Shown piece after piece: positions 47,125 through 56,967 of a DNA stretch of 64,000 bases. The position numbers were made by a program, and so were the translations under genes. The notes beneath the pieces were generated by a model. The model saw nothing but the letters and a program-made list of their open reading frames with translations, ran no database searches and was not told the DNA's origin. Each line of letters opens with the position of its first letter. The stretch's first letter is position 1. Source of the DNA: Candidatus Eiseniibacteriota bacterium (lineage in GTDB: Bacteria; Eisenbacteria; RBG-16-71-46; SZUA-252); assembly GCA_003235575.1 (NCBI GenBank), contig QJVW01000069.1:9131-73130 (forward strand), given 5' to 3'.

Positions 47125-48741
47125 GTGACGAAAAGCGATCAGCGAAAATTCGTCTTCACCCTCGCCGGCCTGGCGGTGTGTCTCTACACGCTTTGGCCGA
47201 CTTTCCAGTTCTATGCCAAGTCGCCGGCGGAGCGTCAGGAAGTGCTCCAGGCCAGGCCCGCGGCGGCCACGAACGCCGAGGAACGCCAGCGGCTGCAAAA
47301 ACTGGCCGACCTTCGTGAAAAGTCGATCAAGCTCGGACTCGACCTTCAGGGAGGCATGTATCTCCTCCTGGAGGTGGACAAGTCGAAGCTCGGCCCGGCC
47401 GAGGCGAAGAACGCCGTCGACCAGGCGATGCAGATCATCCGCAACCGGATCGACCAGTTCGGCGTGGCCGAGCCCAGCATTCAGAAGCAGGGCGACAACC
47501 GTATTCTGATCCAGCTTCCCGGGCTCCTCGATCAGGAACGGGCCAAGGAGTTGATCGGCCAGACCGCGCTCCTCGACTTCAAGCTCGTCAAGACGGACGA
47601 GGAACAGCGCGCGATCATCGACCGCATCGACACCTACTTCGAGTCGAAGGCCGCCGCCGACAGCGGCGCGGTCCGCGACTCGCTTTCACGCCCCTTCTCC
47701 TCGCTCTTCCTCAGCGTCGCGCAGGCCGGCGAATCGTTCGCGCTCTCCGAGAACGAGGCGATGCTGAACGGCATGATCCAGGAATTGCGCGCCGACTCGA
47801 CCTTTGTGCTGGACGGAACGATGGCCTGGGAGGCGCACCAGTCCGAGCGCGAAGGCCGAACCGGCCGCGTCTTCTACATCCTGACGAAGGAACCCCTCAT
47901 GCAGGGGAAGGAAGTCCAGAGCGCCCAGATGCGTCTGGACCTCGACCAGCAGCGGCCCGGAGCGCCAGGCGTTTCGTTCACGCTCACCAGCCGCGGCGGC
48001 GCCATGTTCGCGGATATCACCGGCTCGAATACCGGGCGGCGCCTCGCGATCGTTCTCGACAATCGCGTCCAGTCGGCGCCGAACATCTTGGAGCGAATCC
48101 CCCGCGGCCAGGGCTCCATCACCGGCAATTTCACGGAGGAAGAGGCCCAGAACCTCTCGATCGTGCTTCGGTCGGGCGCGCTGCCGGCTCCGGTGAACGT
48201 GGTGGAGGAGCGAACGGTTGGGCCGTCGCTCGGCCAGGACTCGATCCAGAAGGGGTTGATGGCCGGCGCCATGGGCGCTGGAGCGGTCGTCCTCTTCATG
48301 CTGATCTACTACCGCCTCTCCGGCGTCGTGGCGGTGGTGGCGCTGGTTTTGAACATCATCGCGCTGCTCGCCTGCATGGCGGGATTCCACGCCACGCTCA
48401 CCCTTCCCGGTATCGCGGGGGTCGTGCTCACGATCGGAATGGCGGTGGACGCGAACGTGCTGATCTTCGAGCGCATCCGTGAGGAATTGCGCCACAAGAA
48501 GACCGTCATGGCCGCGATCGAAACCGGGTATGCGCGCGCGTACCGCACGATCGTGGACGCGAACGTAACCACGCTCCTCTCGGCGCTCGCGCTCATGTGG
48601 TTCGGAACCGGACCCATCCGCGGATTCGCCGTGACCCTTTCGATCGGCTTGATCATCAACATGATCACGGCGGTCGGCGTATCCAAGATGATCTTCGACG
48701 CCTGGTCGCTGCGTCGCAAGGTCAACAGCATCAGCATTTAA
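47125..48741 (+). CDS. secD: protein translocase subunit SecD
   Basis: GTG start preceded by AGGAG. Periplasmic domain and C-terminal 5-TM region with conserved SecD motifs (GLDLQGG, TLPGIAGVVLTIGMAVDANVLIFERIREE). Confidence 0.9.
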   Translation: MTKSDQRKFVFTLAGLAVCLYTLWPTFQFYAKSPAERQEVLQARPAAATNAEERQRLQKLADLREKSIKLGLDLQGGMYLLLEVDKSKLGPAEAKNAVDQAMQIIRNRIDQFGVAEPSIQKQGDNRILIQLPGLLDQERAKELIGQTALLDFKLVKTDEEQRAIIDRIDTYFESKAAADSGAVRDSLSRPFSSLFLSVAQAGESFALSENEAMLNGMIQELRADSTFVLDGTMAWEAHQSEREGRTGRVFYILTKEPLMQGKEVQSAQMRLDLDQQRPGAPGVSFTLTSRGGAMFADITGSNTGRRLAIVLDNRVQSAPNILERIPRGQGSITGNFTEEEAQNLSIVLRSGALPAPVNVVEERTVGPSLGQDSIQKGLMAGAMGAGAVVLFMLIYYRLSGVVAVVALVLNIIALLACMAGFHATLTLPGIAGVVLTIGMAVDANVLIFERIREELRHKKTVMAAIETGYARAYRTIVDANVTTLLSALALMWFGTGPIRGFAVTLSIGLIINMITAVGVSKMIFDAWSLRRKVNSISI

Positions 48742-48751
48742 GGGAGGCTCG

Positions 48752-49660
48752 GTGCTCGAAATCCTCCGTGGCATCAACGTCGACTGGATGCAGCGTCGCC
48801 GCATCGCCTACGCGGTGTCCGGCCTGGCTGTGCTTCTTTCGATCGGCTCGCTGGTCCTGCACGGCGGCCCGCGCTACGGCGTCGATTTCACGGGCGGGAC
48901 CCTGATGGAGGTCGAGATCGCGCCGGCCCCGGGCGTGGAGGCGGTGCGCGACGTCGTGACGGGCGTGGGCGTGGAAGGGGCGGAAATTCAGCGCCTCGAT
49001 CGCCCGGGCCTGTACCTCATCCGCATGGGCACGCGGGCCGGCGTCAAGGACCCCTCCCCGTCGATCCGCACCGCGCTGGAGCAGGCCATGAGCGACGCCG
49101 TCGTGACGGTCCATCGCGTCGAGACCGTCGGCCCCCGCGTCGGCAGCGAGCTCCGGAGCGCCGCGTTGAACGCGATCTTCCTGGCGTTGGGGCTGATTCT
49201 CGTCTACGTCGCCATCCGGTATGACTGGCGCTACTCGCTGGGCGCGATCGCCGCGCTCTTTCACGACGTCTTCATCGCCCTGGGCGCGGTCTCCATCACC
49301 AATCGCGAGGTCACGCTGACGGTCGTGGCGGCATTCCTGACGATCGCGGGTTTCTCGATCAACGATACGATCGTGGTGTTCGACCGAATTCGGGAGCGCC
49401 GCCAGACGATGCGCCGCGACCCGGCCGAGAAGGTCATGAACGTCGCGATCAACGAAACGCTCAGCCGCACCATCATCACGTCGCTGACCGTGGCCCTGAC
49501 GGTCGTGGCTCTCTTCTTCTTCGGCGGCGAGGTGATCCACGACTTCTCGTTCGCCATGCTCGTCGGCGTTGTGTTCGGGACGTACTCCTCCGTGTACGTC
49601 GCCAGCGCCCTGGCGCTCGAAACACAGCTGTGGCTCGAGGGAAGGGGTCGCAAGAAGTAG
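48752..49660 (+). CDS. secF: protein translocase subunit SecF
   Basis: GVDFTGGT...GFSINDTIVVFDRIRE SecF motifs; follows secD. Confidence 0.9.
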   Translation: MLEILRGINVDWMQRRRIAYAVSGLAVLLSIGSLVLHGGPRYGVDFTGGTLMEVEIAPAPGVEAVRDVVTGVGVEGAEIQRLDRPGLYLIRMGTRAGVKDPSPSIRTALEQAMSDAVVTVHRVETVGPRVGSELRSAALNAIFLALGLILVYVAIRYDWRYSLGAIAALFHDVFIALGAVSITNREVTLTVVAAFLTIAGFSINDTIVVFDRIRERRQTMRRDPAEKVMNVAINETLSRTIITSLTVALTVVALFFFGGEVIHDFSFAMLVGVVFGTYSSVYVASALALETQLWLEGRGRKK

Positions 49661-49707
49661 TCGCCGCGCCCCGGCCGCGGATCCCGCGCCCGGCCGACAT
49701 GGAGGGG

Positions 49708-50241
49708 ATGATGCGAATTCGCCGTCATCGCGGTCCCGGCCGCCCCTTCGTTGGCGTTCTCTGCTTCCTGGCGATCACATTGGCGCCCGGCCTTACGACC
49801 GCAGCCGAGAACGGCGCCGCGGCCGAACCGCCCGATGCTCCCAACGCTTCACCCGTCCGCGCCATGCCCCAGCGCACCCCCGCGCAGCTCTTCGCCGGGG
49901 TCGAGAGCGCCTGGGCCGCCGGCGCCGCCGCGACGATCGCCTCGTACTGCGACAGCGCGACCGCGCACGTCTCCCTCAAGCCCGGAGGCTCTCCCGCATC
50001 GGCGCCGACGCTGGGCGGCTTGAGCTTCCTGATCCACGACCAACTTCGCTTCGTCGTCACGAAACAGTTCCGCATCGTCCGGTTCGAGGTGGACGGAAAG
50101 AAGCGCACCGCCCGGGCGTGGGCGCGGTGGAACGGCGATTGGGGCGGCGCGAAGGGCGCCCGCGATCTGGAGGTCCAGCTTACCGCCCGCGCGCGTTCGG
50201 ACGGGCTGTGGCTCCTGACGGAAATACGAGCGAACGATTGA
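49708..50241 (+). CDS. hypothetical secreted protein
   Basis: Start MMRIRRH after GGAGGGG. Signal peptide FVGVLCFLAITLAPGLTTAAE. No recognisable domain. Confidence 0.4.
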   Translation: MMRIRRHRGPGRPFVGVLCFLAITLAPGLTTAAENGAAAEPPDAPNASPVRAMPQRTPAQLFAGVESAWAAGAAATIASYCDSATAHVSLKPGGSPASAPTLGGLSFLIHDQLRFVVTKQFRIVRFEVDGKKRTARAWARWNGDWGGAKGARDLEVQLTARARSDGLWLLTEIRAND

Positions 50242-50293
50242 GTCGCCGTCACGCCGTGCGTGACCGTCGCGTCCGGCCGGTTCCCCCGACGAT

Positions 50294-51139
50294 ATGACCG
50301 AAGACGTCCTCTACACGTCCGACCTTCACGGCAGCGAATCCCACTACCGCCAAACGCTCGAATGGGCGCGCCGCGTGGGCGCGCGGGCGATCCTCCTGGG
50401 CGGCGACCTGGCGCCGCACGGCTCGATCGACGAGCAGGCGACCTTCTACACGTCGTTCTTCCTGCCGCTGTTCCGTTCCTACTTCGAGGAGAACGGCGCC
50501 GCCGATGTGTGGTGGATCATGGGCAACGACGACTGGGCGGCCAACGTTCCCCTGCTGGAGCGCGCGGGGTTGGGCCGCCTGCGCCACGCGCACGGCCGCG
50601 TCTGCGCGTTCCTGGATGGCTGGTCGCTGGCCGGCTCCGCGTTCGTGCCGGCCAGTCCGTTCGCGCTCAAGGACTGGGAACGCTGGGAGGACGGTCTGGG
50701 ACCCTCCACCCGCCGGGACGGGTTCCGTTCCAGCGCCCAGGGCGGGTCGCTGCCGTTCTCGTTCGTCGGCCGCGAGCGGAGCGAGGCGATCGCCGCCGAG
50801 TTCGCCACCATCGGGCGCCAGTGGCCCGAGGATCCGTCCCGCGTGATCTGTATGTTCCACGGGCCGCCCTACGGCACGGCGCTGGACCAGTTGCACGGCA
50901 ACGTCCACGTCGGCTCGCGCGAGACGAGGCGGTTCCTCGAGGAGCGCCGGCCGCCCCTCTCCTTGCATGGCCATATTCACGAATCGCCCCACGTTTCGGG
51001 TCGATTCTCCGATCGTGTGAACGAAACGGTCTGCGTGAACCCCGGCCAGGACCCACGTCAGCCGCTGAAGGCCGTTACCTTTCGAATGAGCGATCCGGCC
51101 GGCACGCTGCGGCACACCGTGATGGGGACCGCGCCATGA
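50294..51139 (+). CDS. calcineurin-like metallophosphoesterase
   Basis: Metal-binding motifs DLHGS, GGDLAPHG, GNDD, HGP...H. Confidence 0.65.
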   Translation: MTEDVLYTSDLHGSESHYRQTLEWARRVGARAILLGGDLAPHGSIDEQATFYTSFFLPLFRSYFEENGAADVWWIMGNDDWAANVPLLERAGLGRLRHAHGRVCAFLDGWSLAGSAFVPASPFALKDWERWEDGLGPSTRRDGFRSSAQGGSLPFSFVGRERSEAIAAEFATIGRQWPEDPSRVICMFHGPPYGTALDQLHGNVHVGSRETRRFLEERRPPLSLHGHIHESPHVSGRFSDRVNETVCVNPGQDPRQPLKAVTFRMSDPAGTLRHTVMGTAP

Positions 51140-51852
51140 ACATTCGCGTTCTGCAGCACGTCCCGCACGAAGGTCCCGCGGCGATCGCCGCGTGGGCCGC
51201 GGAGCGTGGGCACGCGCTCGCGACGACGCGACTCGATCGCGGCGAGCCCCTTCCCGCCGTCGAATCGTTCGATGCGCTGGTGTTGATGGGGGGGCCGATG
51301 AGCGTGCACGACGAGACGGCGTATCCGTGGCTGGTGGCGGAGAAGCGGTTTCTCGAGCAGGTGCTCCAATGCGACCGCCGCGTTCTGGGCGTCTGCCTCG
51401 GCGCGCAGCTGATCGCCGCGGCGTTGGGGCGCCGCGTCTACGCAGCGCCGGTGGCCGAGATCGGCTGGCATCCCGTGACCACGTTGCCGGCGGCGGCGCG
51501 CTCGCGGACCTTCGCGGAAATGCCGTCGCCAATGGTGCCGTTTCACTGGCACGGCGAAACGTTCGATTTGCCCGAAGGCGCGCTCCACCTGGCGAAATCC
51601 GAACCATGTCCGAACCAGGCGTTCGAGATCGAATTCGACGGAGGGCCCCAGCGCGGCGGGGCCCTGGCGCTCGCCCTCCAATTCCACCTCGAGGCGACCG
51701 AGGAGAGCGTGCGCGCGATGATCGAGGCCGATGGCGCCGCGCTCGCCCGCGTTCCGGGAGCACCCCGCCCCGAGGACCTGCTCGCCAAACCCTCCCTGTG
51801 GAAGGCGAACCGCCCCCTCCTGGACGACGTCCTCGACCGACTGATGTCCTGA
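51136..51852 (+). CDS. class I glutamine amidotransferase-like protein (cytoplasmic)
   Basis: Nucleophile elbow LGVCLGAQLIA and downstream H/E; ATGA overlap with the phosphoesterase. Confidence 0.7.
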   Translation: MNIRVLQHVPHEGPAAIAAWAAERGHALATTRLDRGEPLPAVESFDALVLMGGPMSVHDETAYPWLVAEKRFLEQVLQCDRRVLGVCLGAQLIAAALGRRVYAAPVAEIGWHPVTTLPAAARSRTFAEMPSPMVPFHWHGETFDLPEGALHLAKSEPCPNQAFEIEFDGGPQRGGALALALQFHLEATEESVRAMIEADGAALARVPGAPRPEDLLAKPSLWKANRPLLDDVLDRLMS

Positions 51853-51860
51853 ACCTCAAG

Positions 51861-51888
51861 CCCCGCGCGAGGTTGCCCGCGCGCGGGG
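51861..51888 (+). terminator. GC-rich hairpin (CCCCGCGCG...CGCGCGGGG) downstream of the GATase gene
   Basis: 9-bp perfect inverted repeat with an ~10-nt loop, 9 bp after the stop. No U-tract. Confidence 0.35.
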
Positions 51889-52068
51889 GGCCGGAACCGC
51901 GTCTCCCCGAAACAGGCGCGCCTCCACCTGCGGAACTGGGCGTAAGTGCCGATGTATTGCTAGATATGGCTGCCCGAGGATCGGCGGCTCTCTGGTACGC
52001 TAGGGGATACCCCCGGGACGGCTTCCGCCCCGCGCCCGCCCGACCACGTTAGGATTACGTAACGACCT

Positions 52069-52779
52069 ATGCGACTTAATGTTAAGGCGTTCTACATCGT
52101 TATTTCGGCGATTCTCCTCGTCGGCGCGGCCCTTCCCACGCCGGCGGCGTCGCAGACGGCCGGCCACCGCTCGGAGCTGTCGGGCGGATTCACGATCGCG
52201 CGCCTCAAGTACACGGGGGGAGGGGATTGGTACTCGGATGAGACCAGTCTCCGGAATCTGCTCCGCACGCTCCGGTCGCGGAACGACGTGCGCGTCGCCC
52301 AGGAAACCGAGGCCGTCGTCACGGCCACCGACCCCGAGTTGTGGAACTACCCCATGCTCTTCATGACGGGACATGGGAACGTGAAGATGAGCGACGAGGA
52401 GCGCCGCGCCTTGCGATCGTACCTCGATCAGGGCGGCCTGCTCTGGGCGGACGACAACTTCGGCCTCGATCCTTCGTTTCGCGCGCTGATGGCGCAGATC
52501 TATCCCGAGGAGGCGTTGACCGAGCTGCCGTTCTCCCACGAGATCTTTCGCGTGCCCAACGCGTTCCCCGGCGGACCGCCGAAGGTGCACGAACACGACG
52601 GCGGTCCGGCGCGCGTCTTCGCCCTGCACCACAAGGGCCGGATCGTGGTTCTCTACACCTTCGACGCCGATATCGGAAACGGCATCGAGGATCCCGGCAT
52701 TCACGACGACACCCCCGAGAAACGCGCCGCCGCGATGCGCTTCGCCGTGAACATCGCCATGTACGCGCTGTCCCATTGA
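52069..52779 (+). CDS. secreted GATase1-fold-like protein lacking a Cys nucleophile (DUF4159-like)
   Basis: Signal peptide ISAILLVGAALPTPAASQ. Motif YPMLFMTGHGNVKMSDEERRALRSYLDQGGLLWADDNFG has the ThuA/GATase1-like strand-turn architecture with D-D in place of Cys. Family name recalled from memory. Confidence 0.5.
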   Translation: MRLNVKAFYIVISAILLVGAALPTPAASQTAGHRSELSGGFTIARLKYTGGGDWYSDETSLRNLLRTLRSRNDVRVAQETEAVVTATDPELWNYPMLFMTGHGNVKMSDEERRALRSYLDQGGLLWADDNFGLDPSFRALMAQIYPEEALTELPFSHEIFRVPNAFPGGPPKVHEHDGGPARVFALHHKGRIVVLYTFDADIGNGIEDPGIHDDTPEKRAAAMRFAVNIAMYALSH

Positions 52780-52792
52780 GGTCGATCGACGC

Positions 52793-55700
52793 ATGAGCCC
52801 CGCCCACGACATCTTGGCCCTTCACCTCGCCCGGGCGAAGCGCGCCCTCTTCCGTCGCGCGGCCGAGCGGACCGCGCTCCCGCTCGTGGCGCTCGCCGCC
52901 GTGCTCGCGGCCCTGGCGCTCGTGATCGCATTGAGCATGACCCTCTACCGCGGGCACTACTCGCTGCTTCGCCTGGTTCTCCTGGCCGGCGGCGCCGCCC
53001 TCCTGGTGGCGGGCGTCTGGAGGATGCTCCGCGAGCACATGAACGAGGATCACATCGCGATCGCGACGGGATCGCTGGAGCCCGAGCGCAAGGATCAGAT
53101 CCTGGCCGCGCTGGAGCTCGCGCGCGAAGCGAAGCGGGAGGAGCGAACGCGGTCGGGTGGCGCGGACGAGGCCGGCCGCGCCGCGGCCCCCGAAGCTTCC
53201 GCTTCGTTGCGCGACGCGGCGATCGCCCACGCGGCGGAGACGACCGCGCGGTTGCCGCTCGAACGTCTCGCCGATTGGCCGGCGCGTCGACGCTGGATCG
53301 GCATCGCCGCGGGTTCGTTCGCCATCGCGGCGATCGCCGCCCTGTCCGGCGGCGCGCGCACGCCGACGGTGCTGGCGCACATCGCCGACCCCGCGTCCGC
53401 GCCCAAGGCGCCGATTTCGATCCGCGTGACGCCCGGCTCCACCGAGATCGAGGGGGGCGCCTCCGTGGTCGTGCGCGCGTTCGTGCGCGGATCGGGCGCC
53501 CGTCCGAAGATGCTGGTCTTCGATCGGCCGACCGAAGGCGGCGACCCCGCCTGGCGGGAGCGGGCCCTGGGCGATCCGGACACCGACACGCGGGGTGAAG
53601 CGCAGCGCGGCGAACGCGCCTACGAGGTGCGCCTCCCGAACGTGAAGGAGGATCTCCGGTACAAGGTGCGCGTCGCGGACGCCGAATCGCCGACGTTCGG
53701 TCTTTCGGTGCGGGACCTCCCGCGGGCCACGGGCTTCCGCATTCGCTACGACTATCCCGCCTACACCGGACTTCCGGACGAGGAGATCCGCGCCCTGACC
53801 GGGGATCTCGTCGCGCCGCGTGGAACCAAGGCGCGGCTCGAGGTCACCTTGAACCGCGACGCGGCCTCGGCCACGCTGATCGGCGAACGCACGCGCCTTC
53901 GCATCGACGGGGAGCGCGGGGAGCGGCTCGTGCGCTTCGACGTACCGATGCAACACGACGACGCCATCCTCGTGCGCCTCACGGACGCGCGCGGCCGTCG
54001 CTCCGACTTGGGTCCCTTCGAGCTTCGTGCGATTCCCGACCGGCCGCCGGCCGTGACGGTTCTCGCGCCCGACGTCGTGGCGGATGTCGGACGCGACATG
54101 GTCTCCGTGATCATCGCCGGCGTCACCGACGATCACGGCGTGCGCAAGGTGCTCCTCCGCTACCGGGCACGGGACGAGCAGGAAACGACGGACGTGCTCC
54201 ACGAGGAACGCGCCGGCTCGCGGGAACTTGCCGTGCGGTACACCTGGCCGCTCCAGCCGATGAATTTGCTCCCCGGCGAGGAAATCGCCTATCAAGTCGG
54301 CGCCGTCGACGGCAACGCCGTGGATGGACCCCAGACTACCTGGTCCGATGAGCGCCGGCTCCGCTTCCCCAGCGCGACCGAAATCCTTGCGTCGATGCAG
54401 CAGGAGCGAGACGAATCGATCGAGGCGCTGGAGGAAGCCGTTCGCGGCGCGCGCGAGTTGCAGCAACGGACCGAGGAGCTGCGCCAAGACCTGGGACGGT
54501 CCCGCGAAATGACGTGGGAGCAGCGCCAGGAGGTCCAGAAGGCGATCGAGGGGCAGCAGCAGCTGCGCGAGACGATCGACCAGGTGACCGACCAGCTCCA
54601 GCAGGGCGCGGAAAAGTTGTCCCAGTCGCGCGCGCTGAACGCAGAGCTGGTGCAGAAGATCACCGAACTGCAGGAGCTCCTGAGCCAGATCAAGGATCAG
54701 TCGCTGCTGCGCGCCATGCAACGGATGCAGCAAGCGATGAAGAACATGACGCCCGAGGAAATGGAGCGGGCGCTCCAGAACTTCAAGCTCTCGCAGGACG
54801 ACGTGCTCCGGAACATCGAGCGGACGATCGAGCTCTTGAAACAGATCCGCATGGAAGAGCGGCTCGAGACCGCTTCGGAACGCGCCGCCGAGATGGAACG
54901 CCGACAGATCGCGCTCAACGATTCACTGTCGCGCGCGCGCGAGAAGGAAGCGACCCAGTCGCTGGCGAAACGCGAGGCGGAGATCGCGGCGATGTCCGAC
55001 GAGCAAAAGAAGGCGATGGACGAGCTGGCGAAGGATCTTCAGTCGATGGATCCTCAGAGCGCGAAGGAGGCCCAGTCGCTGAGCCGCGACCTGGGCCCGG
55101 AGGGTCTGGAGCCGGAGCTCCAGCAGGCGGAGCAGCAGCTGGCGTCGGGCGACCGGGACGAAGCCAAGCCCTCCACCCAGTCGCTTCGCGAGCGGCTGGA
55201 AAGCCTGCGCCGCCGCACGGATCAAATGCGCGAGAACTTCCGGGATCGGAAGAAGAACGCGCTGGCGAAGGAGATGGAGGACGCGGCGCAGGATCTTCTC
55301 GACGTGGCGTCGCTCCAGGAGAGCATGCTGCGCGACGAGGAGAGCACCGTCGGCGAACGCGCGGAGAAGCAAAAGGGGCTGGAGGAGGCGACGGAGCAGG
55401 CGACGAAGAAGATCGCGGACATCGCCAAGCAGACGCTCTTCATGACGCCCGACGTGACCCAGGCCGTCGGTCGCGCGCTGCAAAATCAGGCGAGCGCCGT
55501 CGGCAGGTACTCCCAGCAGGACCTCATGGGCGGGCTGATGGGGACCAAGGAGTCCACGATCGCGCTGAACCAGGCCGCGACCGGTCTCCTCAAGGCCCGC
55601 GAATCGATGCAGGGATCGAAGTCGTCGACCGGCATGTCGGAGGCCATGCAGCAGATGCAGGGCCTGGCGGGCGACCAGCAGGCGCTGAACGATCAGGCGA

Positions 55701-56206
55701 TGGGCATGATGCCCGGCGGGCCCGGATCGCAGGACGGGAGCGGCGGCCGCCTGAGTCCCGGAGACGGCGAGGCGATGTCGCGCATGGCGGCGGAGCAGGA
55801 GGCGATTCGGCGCGGGCTCGAGGAAGCCCTGCAAAAGATGGGGAAGGGCGGCGGCAAGCCGCTGGGCGACATGGGGAACGTCGCGGACGAAATGAAGGCG
55901 GTGGAGCAGGACCTCCGGGCCGGCCGCCTCGATCAGGAAACGGTGCGGCGCCAGCAGCGGATTCTCAGCCGCCTTCTCGACGCGCCGCGCGCCGTGGAGA
56001 AGCGCGACTACTCGCGCAAGCGGAAGTCGCGACCCGGCGTCGACGTGGTCCGATCCTCGCCCGGCGCGCTCTCGCCGGAGCTCCTGAAGGCGAGGCCGTC
56101 CTTGGCGTCCCTCCTCGCGAAGGGAAGCCGCGATCCGGTGACGCCCGAGTTCCGCGCGTTGGTCGATCAATACCTCGAGTCGCTGATGAAGGAGGGGGGC
56201 CGATGA
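52793..56206 (+). CDS. giant membrane protein: 3 N-terminal TM helices, beta-rich extracytoplasmic domain, ~600-aa E/Q/R-rich coiled-coil C-terminal half (DUF4175-like)
   Basis: TM segments LPLVALAAVLAALALVIALSM, LLRLVLLAGGAALLVAGVW and WIGIAAGSFAIAAIAALSGG. A long heptad-like region (EELRQDLGRSREMTWEQRQEVQKAIEGQQQLRETIDQVTDQLQQ...). Start is 14 bp after the preceding gene's stop. Confidence 0.6.
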   Translation: MSPAHDILALHLARAKRALFRRAAERTALPLVALAAVLAALALVIALSMTLYRGHYSLLRLVLLAGGAALLVAGVWRMLREHMNEDHIAIATGSLEPERKDQILAALELAREAKREERTRSGGADEAGRAAAPEASASLRDAAIAHAAETTARLPLERLADWPARRRWIGIAAGSFAIAAIAALSGGARTPTVLAHIADPASAPKAPISIRVTPGSTEIEGGASVVVRAFVRGSGARPKMLVFDRPTEGGDPAWRERALGDPDTDTRGEAQRGERAYEVRLPNVKEDLRYKVRVADAESPTFGLSVRDLPRATGFRIRYDYPAYTGLPDEEIRALTGDLVAPRGTKARLEVTLNRDAASATLIGERTRLRIDGERGERLVRFDVPMQHDDAILVRLTDARGRRSDLGPFELRAIPDRPPAVTVLAPDVVADVGRDMVSVIIAGVTDDHGVRKVLLRYRARDEQETTDVLHEERAGSRELAVRYTWPLQPMNLLPGEEIAYQVGAVDGNAVDGPQTTWSDERRLRFPSATEILASMQQERDESIEALEEAVRGARELQQRTEELRQDLGRSREMTWEQRQEVQKAIEGQQQLRETIDQVTDQLQQGAEKLSQSRALNAELVQKITELQELLSQIKDQSLLRAMQRMQQAMKNMTPEEMERALQNFKLSQDDVLRNIERTIELLKQIRMEERLETASERAAEMERRQIALNDSLSRAREKEATQSLAKREAEIAAMSDEQKKAMDELAKDLQSMDPQSAKEAQSLSRDLGPEGLEPELQQAEQQLASGDRDEAKPSTQSLRERLESLRRRTDQMRENFRDRKKNALAKEMEDAAQDLLDVASLQESMLRDEESTVGERAEKQKGLEEATEQATKKIADIAKQTLFMTPDVTQAVGRALQNQASAVGRYSQQDLMGGLMGTKESTIALNQAATGLLKARESMQGSKSSTGMSEAMQQMQGLAGDQQALNDQAMGMMPGGPGSQDGSGGRLSPGDGEAMSRMAAEQEAIRRGLEEALQKMGKGGGKPLGDMGNVADEMKAVEQDLRAGRLDQETVRRQQRILSRLLDAPRAVEKRDYSRKRKSRPGVDVVRSSPGALSPELLKARPSLASLLAKGSRDPVTPEFRALVDQYLESLMKEGGR

Positions 56207-56967
56207 GGGCCGTCGCCGCCATCCTCGCCGCCACGATCGTCGCGGGCGCCTTCGGGCAAGAAGGCCGGGCCGTCGCCGCGCCGCAGCCGGAGAAGACGAC
56301 CCTTCCGCGCATGACGCTGACGCCGGCGGCGCCCGCGGACTCCGGCTCGGATCCCCGGACGTACGAGGCGACGATCCGCCGCTTCGCCACGCTCACCCCA
56401 TCCGATTCGATGGGGAACGGCGCGTACGCCGCGGCCGAGGCGGCGTTCGCGGCGGGCTCGTTCGACCAGGCGGCCAAGGCGTTCCATGATTTCGCCCGAC
56501 GCTATCCCCGCAATCTCAACGTCAACGATGCGCTATCGGCCATCCTCCTGATCCAGGAAGCGCGCGATTTCGAGGACCGACCGCTGCTTCTCTACGCGCG
56601 GGCGCGGGCGCATCGCGCCGGGGGACAGCCCGATTCGGCGCGGATTCTTCTCGCCGAGGCGGCGGAACGGTACCCGGGCGCCAAGGCGCGTCATCGAATC
56701 GCGTACATGCTGGCGGAATTGGCCCGTGAGCGCGCGGACCACGTCGGCGCCCTTCGCTGGGCGATGGTCGCGGCCGATACGGCATCCACGAACCGAACGG
56801 CCCCCTTCGCGCTTCGCATCGCGGCCGAATCGTCGCTCGATTTGGGCAAGCCGCCGCAGGAGGCGCTCGCCCTGTACAAGATCATCCTGGAGCGGTATCC
56901 CCACTCCGCGGTGACGCCGGAAGCCCGGGCGCGCGCGCTGCAGATCCGAAAGAGGATGCCGCAGTGA
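56203..56967 (+). CDS. secreted TPR-like protein (BatC/YbgF-like)
   Basis: Signal MRAVAAILAATIVAGAFGQEG; Ala-rich helical repeats (AYAAAEAAFAAGSFDQAAKAFHDFARRYP...). ATGA overlap with the giant gene. Confidence 0.5.
   Translation: MRAVAAILAATIVAGAFGQEGRAVAAPQPEKTTLPRMTLTPAAPADSGSDPRTYEATIRRFATLTPSDSMGNGAYAAAEAAFAAGSFDQAAKAFHDFARRYPRNLNVNDALSAILLIQEARDFEDRPLLLYARARAHRAGGQPDSARILLAEAAERYPGAKARHRIAYMLAELARERADHVGALRWAMVAADTASTNRTAPFALRIAAESSLDLGKPPQEALALYKIILERYPHSAVTPEARARALQIRKRMPQ

Noticed and set aside
54514-56967. 817-aa + strand ORF
   Set aside because: Alternate frame through the giant coiled-coil gene (Arg/Gly/Ala-rich). Only its last 254 codons (56203..56967, proper ATG with signal peptide) are considered real (TPR protein).
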